A stretch of DNA of 64,000 nucleotides from an uncultured Hormoscilla sp. GTDB lineage: Bacteria > Cyanobacteriota > Cyanobacteriia > Cyanobacteriales > Desertifilaceae. The stretch lies in contig OZ001293.3 in assembly GCA_963921275.4 (NCBI GenBank), forward strand, positions 4,128,001 through 4,192,000, in the 5' to 3' direction. Below the pieces are notes generated by a model that did not search any database, was not told the DNA's origin, and saw only the letters and a program-made list of their open reading frames with translations. Position numbers and translations under genes: made by a program. This document shows positions 53,360-62,717 of this stretch, in pieces. Position 1 is the stretch's first letter. Every line of letters begins with the position of its first letter.

Positions 53360-53833
53360 TCAAGCATGGGATTCTAGCGACAGCGTCACAATGTCAATAT
53401 AAGAACGGACTAAACTACTACAAGCAGGCGGCAGAGTCGCGTCTACTGCTTTTTGCAAATAGCGGTACGCCGTAGTGCAATGATTTGTTTTTTTGTAAGC
53501 CCGCATAATTGTATCGAACCATGACATCATCTGTTCCTTAAAGAACAGTTCATCGTTTCGCAAAATTGATAAGGCGATGTAGCGGACCATTTCTGTCATA
53601 TCGTATTTGCAACGCGCTCCATGCTGGCGAATCGGTTCTGGATAAGTCTGCGCAAATTTCCGCAGTGTCTGCATGACTAGCTTTTCGCTGTGCTTACTCA
53701 GTTGCTGGTAAGTCTGCAGTCTGGTAGTGTAACTCCGAATATACTGCTCTAATGGGTAGAGTTCGGTGGAGCTGAGATAGCGACCGTCCGCTTCTATCAG
53801 GCTTTGTTCTAGGGTGTGATTGAGGGTATGCAT
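53360..53833 (-). CDS. Phycobiliprotein-like globin-fold protein
   Basis: EADGRYLS, RCKYD, RYIALSIL. Confidence 0.75.
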   Translation of the reverse strand: MHTLNHTLEQSLIEADGRYLSSTELYPLEQYIRSYTTRLQTYQQLSKHSEKLVMQTLRKFAQTYPEPIRQHGARCKYDMTEMVRYIALSILRNDELFFKEQMMSWFDTIMRAYKKTNHCTTAYRYLQKAVDATLPPACSSLVRSYIDIVTLSLESHA

Positions 53834-54142
53834 CCAACTTACAACTCTATTCTCTATTATTACCAAACTGCCCTAAGAATAAAGATAAATTGCAAATTTG
53901 CAGATATTCTTAATATCTTGGCTGCCAGTGGACTCTGGTTACACCGGCGCTATCGCCTCCCCCGATCCGCTCCTGGTGGGTTGACGATCGGGGGCGATAT
54001 CGACCCTCAACCGACGGTATAGCGGCGATTGTTCCTGTCCGAAAGGCTTATGTATACTATAAGTTAGCTTAAAGTTGCCGATATCTTTACAATTTGTTAC
54101 ATTGAAAGGGAGTCAAGAAAACAATTAGCAACAATCATCCCT

Positions 54143-54940
54143 ATGTTTACTGGCATCACTGGTATATTTCCTTTTTCCAGCAATACGGATATGGGAGAGC
54201 AGCTACTCTCAAGTGTGGCAAGCCAAGGCATCCGCCATTTATTTAGCAGCAGTGAGTCGGTAGATGTCTCGATCCGCTGCCAGCCCTCTAGCAAACTGTT
54301 GCAGGGCAGAATCGACGGATTGCAAATGACTGGTCGCGGTCTGGTCATCCGCAAAGATTTCCCGGTTGAGGAAATGTCTTTTACTACCGACGCCGTTGCT
54401 ATTGATGTGGCCGCTGTGCTCAGGGGTGAAATTCGTCTGTTGCAACCCACCCAAGCGGTTGCCCTGATCTCCCTTTCTGAAGGGGGCATCAACCATGCCT
54501 TCAAGGCCCAACTGGTGACAAAACGCCTGGAAAATCTCTCTGTACCAGCTTTGACCGAATTCTCTGGCGGCAAACCGGTTTCCTTTCAGGACGTGCAGGT
54601 AGAGTTGCTGGCCAACAACAAAATTAGGCTATTTGCCACATGTAATCTAGGTGCTGGTGAACCTGTGCCCATTGTGATGACCTCAACCCTGGCAGTTGAG
54701 CGCAGGCGTCGCATTACCTTTAGTCAAGCTCAGTTTGAGCCAGAATTGGTACCAGACTCTGTCCGGGATATCTCGGAAAAGTTGACAGGGGTACTTGATG
54801 AAATTTTGAATGACATGGTAGACCTCGATCGTTTTGACCTGGATGGAGTAAAATTGCGTATTAATCGCCTAGAAACTCAAGGGAAAAATTTGCTGTTCAG
54901 CGGTTACGCTCAAATTGAGCATTTCCCACGTACATCCTAA
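54143..54940 (+). CDS. DUF2993 (LmeA-like) protein
   Basis: PSSKLLQG, GRGLVIR, VDLDRFDLDG. Confidence 0.75.
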   Translation: MFTGITGIFPFSSNTDMGEQLLSSVASQGIRHLFSSSESVDVSIRCQPSSKLLQGRIDGLQMTGRGLVIRKDFPVEEMSFTTDAVAIDVAAVLRGEIRLLQPTQAVALISLSEGGINHAFKAQLVTKRLENLSVPALTEFSGGKPVSFQDVQVELLANNKIRLFATCNLGAGEPVPIVMTSTLAVERRRRITFSQAQFEPELVPDSVRDISEKLTGVLDEILNDMVDLDRFDLDGVKLRINRLETQGKNLLFSGYAQIEHFPRTS

Positions 54941-55184
54941 GCAATTCAAAATTCAAAATTCCAAATTAAAAATTGGGAAGGCCATTTTTAATTTGGATCT
55001 CAGCTTTTCTCGTTATGCAATTTAAATGGACGACAGCTTAGGACAGGCAACCAAGATCTGTCAGATGCATGAATCAATTACAACCAGCAACAAAATCCTC
55101 TCCGGAAGTGTTCTGTTCTCGCCAGTTGCTCGACTGGATGCGATAGCAACAGATCGGCTTCGCCCTGACGACCTATCAAACCTC

Positions 55185-55344
55185 GATGTGCGATTAATGT
55201 GCTCCGCGCAGTGCTTTTAGCGCGCGCAGAGCACATTGCTCAACCGCGCGCTGTGTCTCCTGGGTAGTGCGATTTGAACCAGTTGCTTTCTGCGGGGCTT
55301 CTGCGGGGCTTCTGCGGGGCTTCTGCGGGGCTTCTGCGGGGCTT
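55185..55344. repeat. Palindromic repeat modules followed by five 11-bp tandem repeats (CTTCTGCGGGG)
   Basis: CGATGTGCGATTAATGTG...GTGTCTCCTGGGTAGTGCG, then 11-bp period at 55290-55344. Confidence 0.8.
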
Positions 55345-55630
55345 GACATTTTGGCAGCATTATGCGATCGCGGGCTTGTCGAAGCCACGGAAAGGAGATA
55401 AAACTTTTTCGGGGTTAGCATTAGACGAGCAGTTAATCGCCAAAGATGTTGAACCCCGCTGTGGTTTAATGGTAATTGATATTAACACTGGTGCTATTGT
55501 TAATTGGCTGCGTCTAAAAGGGGTGATTACAGAATTATATGACGTGCAGGTGTTACCAGGGGTACGGCGACCCATGGCTTGAGGATTTCAAACTGATGAA
55601 ATTAGCCGCCTGCTTACCCTCGATCCTATG
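55330..55630 (+). pseudogene. TIGR03032/DUF4915 family C-terminal fragment
   Basis: LRGL...AGLSKPR...TFSGL...CGLMVID...ELYDVQVLPGVRRPMA*GFQTDEI. Confidence 0.75.
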
Positions 55631-55641
55631 TCGCAGCCTGA

Positions 55642-55735
55642 GAACGGAAGCACGCTTCGTGCTTACTACGAACGGAACGGAAGCACCCTTCGTGCTTACT
55701 ACGAACGGAACGACCCTTCGTGTTTACTACGAACG
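55642..55735. repeat. Three short tandem hairpin repeats
   Basis: CTTCGTG(C/T)TTACTACGAACG three times. Confidence 0.75.
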
Positions 55736-55738
55736 ATT

Positions 55739-57849
55739 ATGAGAAACTCAAATCAAGGACATCTGGGCGAACTGGCAAAATTATTTCTTAAACTAGGGGC
55801 GATCGGCTTCGGTGGCCCCGCCGCCCACATCGCCATGATGGAGGATGAGGTTGTCGAAAAACGCCAGTGGTTAACCAGGGAACATTTCCTGGATTTAATT
55901 GGTGCCACCAACCTCATTCCTGGTCCCAATTCAACTGAAATGGCAATTCATGTAGGCTATCTCTACTCCGGTTTGCCCGGTTTGGTGGTGTCAGGGGTCT
56001 GTTTTATTCTCCCAGCAGTTGCCATCACGGCTATACTGGCCTGGGTTTATGTCTCTTTTGGCAGTCTGCCCCAAGTTGCCCCTTTACTTTACGGCATTAA
56101 ACCTGCTGTACTAGCAATTATCTTGGGTGCTTTGTGGCGTCTGGGGAAAAAAGCAGTTAAAAACTGGAAATTGCTCTCGATCGCCTTGGGGGTAGCTACT
56201 TCCCTATTCTTAGGGTTGAACCAGGTGGTAGCCTTATTATTAGGCGGAGTTTTGGGTACGATCGGGCTGCGACTGGCGGCGGGAGACAATCATCAGAATA
56301 CAGCAATGGTAGCCGCTGGGTTAACTAGCAGTGTGGCCCTGCCAGATATTACTGCTATATCAGTTGCTGCTAGGACTACAACTCACGTGCCCTTGTGGCA
56401 GTTGGGGTTATTTTTTCTGAAGGTGGGAAGCGTTCTATTTGGTAGTGGCTATGTCCTGGTGGCCTTTTTGGAAAATGGATTGGTTAGAGACTATGGTTGG
56501 TTGGTGCGATTCGTTCAGGCGTAAACTGGCGACGGTGAAGTCTGGTCTGGTTTCATTTGCCGGATAACTCTGGTTATCATGGGGGTTAAATTCCCTCTCC
56601 CCAGGTGTGGGGGGTCGAGGGTACTACCGGTCCTTAGTGCTGCGGGGTCACATCGCCGTGGTGCTCCGCTAGGACTTAAATGTAGGATAGCTGGCAGCCT
56701 AACCCAGTGACGCCGCTAGGAAAGATGCTCATGGTTAGAACAAGCGAACCTGTTAAAGCCTCGTTACATAGAACCAGCGGAATAAGGCTTATACGCTGGC
56801 CCAAAAGGGAAAATGGTAGTTAGTGTTGGTAGTCATCTATTGCCAGCATCGCACCCAAAGAACTCCCGGGGTATAGCAGGGGCCTACAAGCATCGAGAAA
56901 TGATACCAGGGAACGAAGTAACCTCACGTGAGCTGTCCTCATTTGGACCAGTTAGATGTAAAGCGCAAGCCGCGAAGAGGAAGGATGTTCTAAGAAGCCA
57001 ACGCCTGGGGTAATGCCTGGGATATGCAGACGTAGGACGGATATGGTAAGAAGCCTTTGGTGAAAGTAGCCCTAACACGTCGCAAAACTTAGGAGAAATC
57101 CAAAAGTATGAATATGGACTAGAGTCTCAGCCGGGTAAAGTTCAGAGCCCCGATAAATTGCCAGAATGGGGAAATGTTAGAGAAGAGCGGCTAGAATGGT
57201 TTGCTGAACTACCCTCCGCGATCGCGCAGCGTGCGCGCAGCGCATACCTTCCGGAGCTGAAATCATTAACGGTCCAATAGGATTGACCATAAGGGGTAAA
57301 ATTACAGAGGGTAAGGGGAATACGGGGTAACCTAATTATTGATGATGATATGCCTAAGGACAAGCCCCAGCGGTGAAAGTCGCAAGTCCGGTTCCGCTCT
57401 TGGAGGGTTGGGGAGTGATTCCCAGCTCGACCCCGACCACTCAGCAGCTGCTGCTGGATGCGATCGCGATCGGTCAATTCACTCCTGGACCTGTACTTTC
57501 CACATCTACATTTATCGGTTACCTAATTGCTGATTTACCTGGTGCCGCAGTTGCGACAATGGGAATATTCCTGCCCTCATTTTTCTTCGTTGCTGCCTTA
57601 AATCCCCTGATTCCACGCTTGCGGGCATCCAAGTGGACATCAGCATTTTTAGATGCGGTCAATGCTGGGGCGGTAGCGTTAATGGCAGTGGTAACAATTC
57701 AGTTGGCACGCGGGACTCTGATTGATATAGCAACTATCCTGATTGCTATTGCCGCAGCTATTGGGGCCATTCGCTTTCAAGTTAACGCTGCATGGCTGGT
57801 TTTGAGTGGTGCTGTGCTGGGGTTTTTAGTTTCAATCAGTAATTTGTGA
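55739..57849 (+). CDS. chrA: Chromate efflux transporter (long-chain CHR); exon 1 55739-56503, exon 2 57439-57849; 391 aa spliced
   Basis: GFGGP, PGPNS, FGSGY in exon 1; TPGP, FLPSF in exon 2; spliced junction YGWL-TQQLLLDAIAIGQ. Confidence 0.9.
56504..57438 (+). ncRNA. ORF-less group II intron (935 nt) in chrA
   Basis: 5' GTGCGATTCGTT; domain V-like AGCCCCAGCGGTGAAAGTCGCAAGTCCGGTT; domain VI; EBS1 CATCTA vs IBS1 TGGTTG. Confidence 0.9.
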
Positions 57850-57973
57850 GAATTGAGGAGTGAGAATTGAGAATGGTAGATTTATTTATTCACGTTCATT
57901 AGCAATTTTTAGTTATTCTTGACATTGTTATACAGAGAGTATAGGATATTTAATCATTAGCTAGATAGACAAA

Positions 57974-60130
57974 ATGAAACAGGAAGTCAAAAAGAAAAAG
58001 AAACAGAAGAAGTGGCAAAAACTGACATTTTACACATCATTGCTCCTCTGCGCCACTACTTTCCTGTTGGCGACAGGCGGGCTGTTCTTGTACTCGCGAG
58101 AAAAACAGCAAATACTTACAGAGGCGAGAACATCAGCCAAGCGACAAACAATCCGGGCGGCTTTGGAAATTGACCGAGAAGTGCGTTTGGCTAAAGACAC
58201 AGCCCTGGCGATCGCCAACGATCTGACTGCGGGCAGATTAAATGACACCGAGGTATTAAACCGACTCAAAGCCGAACTGGAGAAAAAGCCTCAGCTTTTA
58301 GATGTGGGCGTTGCCTATGAACCTTTCGCCTACGATCCGAATGTGAGGCTGTATGCGCCCTATTATGCCAGATTAAAAAATGAACTGCAATCCCTGGAAG
58401 TTACCTACAACTACACTCGTCCTAAGTATGCTTGGTATCGGAACACTCTCACCAAGGGGGCTCATTGGGCAGAACCAGACTTTTGGCAGGACAGCACTTT
58501 ATTCAGTCAGCCAGCAGTAGGATTTTACACGCCTTTTTATAGTCGAGGATCTCAAAACCAGCGTCCGCGAGGAATAGTCTACGCCGAATATTCTATGGAG
58601 ACGATCGCAGATATAGTCAAGTCACTCAATCTCGGTAGAACTGGCTACGGCTTTCTAGTTTCCCGGACTGGGAATTTTCTCTATCATCCCAATGAAGGGT
58701 ATGTCAAAAGTCAGGCAAACATCTTTGACCTCGTATACGATCGCAACGGATCACAAGTTCGTCCTTTAGTAGATTTAGTAGCTAGAGCCTTGCGTGGCGA
58801 ACCCGTAGAAGCAGATTTGAGCGATGACATCACAGGTCAAAATTCCTGGGTATTTCTGCGACAAGTAAATCAGAATGGATGGGTGGTGGGAGTAGTCTTT
58901 ATTCAGGACGAAGTTTTGCCAGACAACCAAACCACGCGACGCCAACTTATCTTTCTCAGTCTCGCATTTATGTGGTTTTTCGTGTTTTTGTTTTTCCTCC
59001 TTTTCCGGGCTGACAAGGGTACTGTCAAGCGTCTTGGGGCACTGTCGTCTACTGTCAGCCTGTTGTTTCTAGCAGAAATCGGGTTTATCTGGAGTTTGGC
59101 GCTAAAAACACGTACCTATACCTCTACCCGGAATCTGCTGCTGAATGAAACTGCTGTAGATCAGTTATTGGTTCCCCAAGTTGAGTTAAGTGCAAAATTA
59201 AACCAAAAACCACCGCTGTTGGTACCTACGGGGGTTTATATTCACTCCCTATATTTTACCAGTTCTAACGATGTGTTTGTGACTGGCTATATCTGGCAGG
59301 AATACCACGAAGGAATCCATGATGAGTTGGAGCGTGGTTTTATCCTACCCGATGCTATTGATGCCAATGATTTGGAAGTGAAGGAGGCTTATCGCCACAA
59401 GGAAGACGAGATCGAGGTCATCGGTTAGTATGTTGAAGCTACTCTGCGTCAGGATTTCGATTTTTCCAATTATCCTTTTGACTATAAAGATGTCAAAATC
59501 AGGTTGTTACACCTGGACTTCAATCGTCGGGAATTAAACCGTCAGGTAATTCTGGTTCCCGATCTAGGGGGCTACGAAGTGATCGATCCCAGAACTAAAC
59601 CTGGTGTAGATAAAGATATTGTCTTGGGCAACTGGAATCTGAGTGATATTTTTTTTGAGTACAAGTTCAAAACTTATGATACAAATTTGGGGATCAAAAG
59701 TAATCTGTTCAAAACTAACTTTCCCGAACTTCATTTCACAATCGTGCTGCAAAGAGATTTCATCGGTCCGTTGATTTCTAGAGTCGGACCACTCTTAGTT
59801 GTCGTCACTCTGCTCTTTGCGATGCTGCTGATCTCCGATGAGGAGAAGGCATTAGAGGTTTTGGCAGCTTGTATTGGTTTTGTCTTTATTGTCATCCTCG
59901 ACCAGATCGCTTTGAGAGAACAGATTGTCACGAAAGGAATTCTTTACTTCGAGTATTTTTACTTCGCGATCTATTTTTACATTTTCCTGGTGACCGTTAA
60001 TGCTATCCTGTTTATCTCTCAGCCTAACACTCCTTTCATCCAGTATAAAGATAACTTGATATCCAAGTTGCTTTACTGGCCCACACTTCTGAAGATATTG
60101 CTAGTAATCACGATTTTAGTATTTGCTTGA
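57974..60130 (+). pseudogene. Cache-domain / pentameric ligand-gated ion channel-like fusion with in-frame TAG at 59426-59428
   Basis: dCache motifs (YAPY, WY, WAEP, GYGFLV, YHP); across the stop VIG*YVEATLRQDFDFSNYPFD, then four hydrophobic segments. Confidence 0.75.
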
Positions 60131-60145
60131 TTGAGATTCTCGCTG

Positions 60146-60289
60146 CGATGTGCAATTAATGTGCTCCGCGCAGTGCGAGTAGCGCGCTGTGTCTCCTGGG
60201 TAGTGCAACTAGCGCGAGGTATCTCGCCCCAGGAGACACAGCAGCAGAGTAAATTAAGCAGTGCGGGTAGCGCGCGCATCGCACATCGA
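60146..60289. repeat. Array of nested palindromic repeat modules
   Basis: CGATGTGC ... GCACATCG ends with inner GTGTCTCCTGGG / CCCAGGAGACAC. Confidence 0.8.
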
Positions 60290-60364
60290 AGGGAACTCAG
60301 AAACCTGGTTTTGGCAAAAACCGGGTTTCTTAATTATTGCAGATCGAGATCCTGATGAGGTTAA

Positions 60365-61450
60365 TCAATTCCCGTTAGAGTCAGGGCTGCTGCTTGGTTT
60401 GGGCTGCAGCTTCTCAGCTAGGTTGACACCAACTGAAGACCCATCTGCAAACATCGAACCAGTGATGCGATAGTCAAGACGGGCCCGAACTTTTGGCAAC
60501 AGATTATCTGGCAAAGGTAAATAGCCTGCTTCTGAGATTATAGGTTTGTGTTCAGCATTCAGAAGGTACTCAACAAAGGCTTTGACCGCAGGTCTTTTTT
60601 CTAGAGACTCCTTGTTGATATATAGAAATAGGGGACGCACCAAGGGGTTGTAAGTGCCGTTGGCGATCGTCTCTGCACTTGGTTCGGTGCATTCGCCGCT
60701 TTCATTTTCAATGGCAATCAGCTTCAAAGCATCCTTGTTTTTTTCATAGAAGGACAAGGTGAGAAAGCCCAAAGACCCATACTCAGACTCGATACCCTGA
60801 ATTGTGACGATATCATCTGGACTAGCGGTGTAGTCACTGCGACTTTTACCCTCTTCCCCCGTGGTAGCATCGGCAAAGTAATCGTAGGTACCAGAATCAA
60901 TTTCAGCACCATAGAGACCCAGACGTACATCGGGGTACTCCTCATCGATCTGCTGCCAGTTGACCACTTCGCCCTCAGCAGCAGGTTCCCAAATTTTGCC
61001 CAACTGCTGTGGGGTAAGGCAGGTTGTCCAGTCATTGTCGCGGTTGACTGCCACCGCGATCGCATCGAAGGCCACGGGAATTTCCACGTACTCGATTTTG
61101 TTGACCTCGCAAAGTGCCATCTCAGATTTCTTGATGGGACGAGAAGCATTAGAGATATCAGTGTCTCCAATGCAGAACTTCTTGAACCCAACTCCCGAAC
61201 TAGATATGCCCACGGTTACCCCGATGACCGGATTAGCCTTCATAAACTTTTGTGCCATGGCTTCCGCGATCGGGAAGACGGTACTGGAACCATCGGCCAG
61301 TACATACTTAGTCAACTGCGGGTCGGCTGCGGTTTCCTCTGAGACAGTTGTCTGGATAGTAGAAGTTTGGTTTTGATTGCCGCCACAGGCGGTCGCTGTC
61401 ATGAATAGCACTCCTGCTAAAAAACCGATAGACTGGCCTGGCCTTCTCAT
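60365..61450 (-). CDS. pstS: Phosphate ABC transporter substrate-binding lipoprotein
   Basis: Lipobox ATAC, DGSSTVFP, SGTYDYF. Confidence 0.9.
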   Translation of the reverse strand: MRRPGQSIGFLAGVLFMTATACGGNQNQTSTIQTTVSEETAADPQLTKYVLADGSSTVFPIAEAMAQKFMKANPVIGVTVGISSSGVGFKKFCIGDTDISNASRPIKKSEMALCEVNKIEYVEIPVAFDAIAVAVNRDNDWTTCLTPQQLGKIWEPAAEGEVVNWQQIDEEYPDVRLGLYGAEIDSGTYDYFADATTGEEGKSRSDYTASPDDIVTIQGIESEYGSLGFLTLSFYEKNKDALKLIAIENESGECTEPSAETIANGTYNPLVRPLFLYINKESLEKRPAVKAFVEYLLNAEHKPIISEAGYLPLPDNLLPKVRARLDYRITGSMFADGSSVGVNLAEKLQPKPSSSPDSNGN

Positions 61451-61599
61451 ATTTCTCTTCGTCGAGCGTCATTTCATGGCGATCGGGTACTATACTGGTG
61501 AGTACCCTGCTACCTTAGCACTCCCATCCTTTCTTTGTCAAGTACCACCAGGGTCGGATGACTTGACTCTGCTGGTCAATTCCCACTTTTGAAAGATGG

Positions 61600-61648
61600 C
61601 CCAAACCTGCCCCCAAACCTGCCCCCAAACCTGCCCCCAAACCTGCCC
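61600..61648. repeat. Four 12-bp tandem repeats (AAACCTGCCCCC)
   Basis: Read directly from the sequence. Confidence 0.8.
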
Positions 61649-61675
61649 TAGACAAAACCAAACCAAGAGATGTTC

Positions 61676-61825
61676 TTAGCGTCGATCTTCTGGGTGGGTT
61701 CCGGTTGTCAGTTCGTCGTAAACTTCCTGAGGAATAATGACTTGTCCAAAAATCCGCCGTAGCAAGTCCATTTGTCCCACTTTTGCTAGTTCACTAAATG
61801 GTGTAGTGTTCGAGACAACAGTCAC
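61676..61825 (-). pseudogene. DUF3368 PIN-like toxin, truncated at 49 aa
   Basis: VVSNTTPFSELAKVGQMDLL...IIPQEVYDEL; GTG start overlaps the UPF0175 stop. Confidence 0.75.
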
Positions 61826-62124
61826 TGTTTGCGCTTCTCCAACATAGCTATGGTTTCCTCTACTTCCTGTTCTAGTTCTTCCCTAGTCTGTGGTGCAAAG
61901 ACAGAGATCCCGTACTCTCCCATGAGGTCGATCGCCTCTAAGCGAGATATTCCTAAAAGCCTTGCTGCCCTTCCACTAGATATCTCACCATATCGCAGCA
62001 TAGTCATAATGTAAGCTTCTTTAGCTTTCCGTTCAGCTTCTCTGCGAATAGCTTCAGGACTATCAGGCATTTCCAGAGTAAATTGGATTGTGGTTGAAAT
62101 ATTTTGGGTTGGCATTGTTTTCAT
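61822..62124 (-). CDS. UPF0175 family antitoxin-like protein
   Basis: GEISSGRAARLLGISR. Confidence 0.85.
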   Translation of the reverse strand: MKTMPTQNISTTIQFTLEMPDSPEAIRREAERKAKEAYIMTMLRYGEISSGRAARLLGISRLEAIDLMGEYGISVFAPQTREELEQEVEETIAMLEKRKQ

Positions 62125-62179
62125 CTAGCAATTATCCATTAACAATAGCGATCCGACGTCGCGCACTGCGTATAAGCCA

Positions 62180-62395
62180 TTAGCATCTGGACACCTCAAC
62201 ATACTGACACAGACTAGATAATTCGGGAATCGACTCACCCCTCAGTTGCATTCCTTCCAGATGAAACTCAATTGCCTCGCGAATCATCTGCTCAATTTCT
62301 TCTAAAGTATCCCCGACAGCAACACAGCCTGGTAAATCTGGTACATAGGCTGAGTAATTTTCTGATGCTTTCTCGATTACCACAGCATAGCGCAT
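62180..62395 (-). CDS. hicB: HicB family antitoxin
   Basis: YSAYVPDLPGCVAVGDTLEE. Confidence 0.9.
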   Translation of the reverse strand: MRYAVVIEKASENYSAYVPDLPGCVAVGDTLEEIEQMIREAIEFHLEGMQLRGESIPELSSLCQYVEVSRC

Positions 62396-62589
62396 TAGTC
62401 TTCCTCCTCCAATTGTGCCTGTTTCCAGATACTTTTAAGAGTGCCTATAGCTACATCTTTAGACATCTTACCGGGAACTGTGACGGTTCCTGCTTTTTCT
62501 GGATGTGCGTATTGTCGATGACTACCCTTAGTCCGTGCCAAATACCAGCCATCCCTTTCTATTATCCTGATTACTTCTCTAACTTTCAC
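62395..62589 (-). CDS. hicA: HicA family mRNA interferase toxin
   Basis: DGWYLARTKGSHRQY, GTLKSIWKQA. Confidence 0.9.
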   Translation of the reverse strand: MKVREVIRIIERDGWYLARTKGSHRQYAHPEKAGTVTVPGKMSKDVAIGTLKSIWKQAQLEEED

Positions 62590-62717
62590 CTTTCAGTTTT
62601 TTCCGCACTCTACCACCTTGTCGTCAGGAACCGCCGCAAATTGAACCGTTATACCGTACCTATCGTAGCGGATGGTGGGCACTGCCCACCCTACATTTAG
62701 CTATTAACCATTATCGA

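Noticed and set aside
55628..55738. N-terminal TLRAYYERN repeats of ChrA
   Set aside because: Translation of short tandem hairpin repeats; ATG 55739 fits family length
57373..57438. Independent start for a 158-aa second chromate gene
   Set aside because: The first 22 codons are intron domains V-VI
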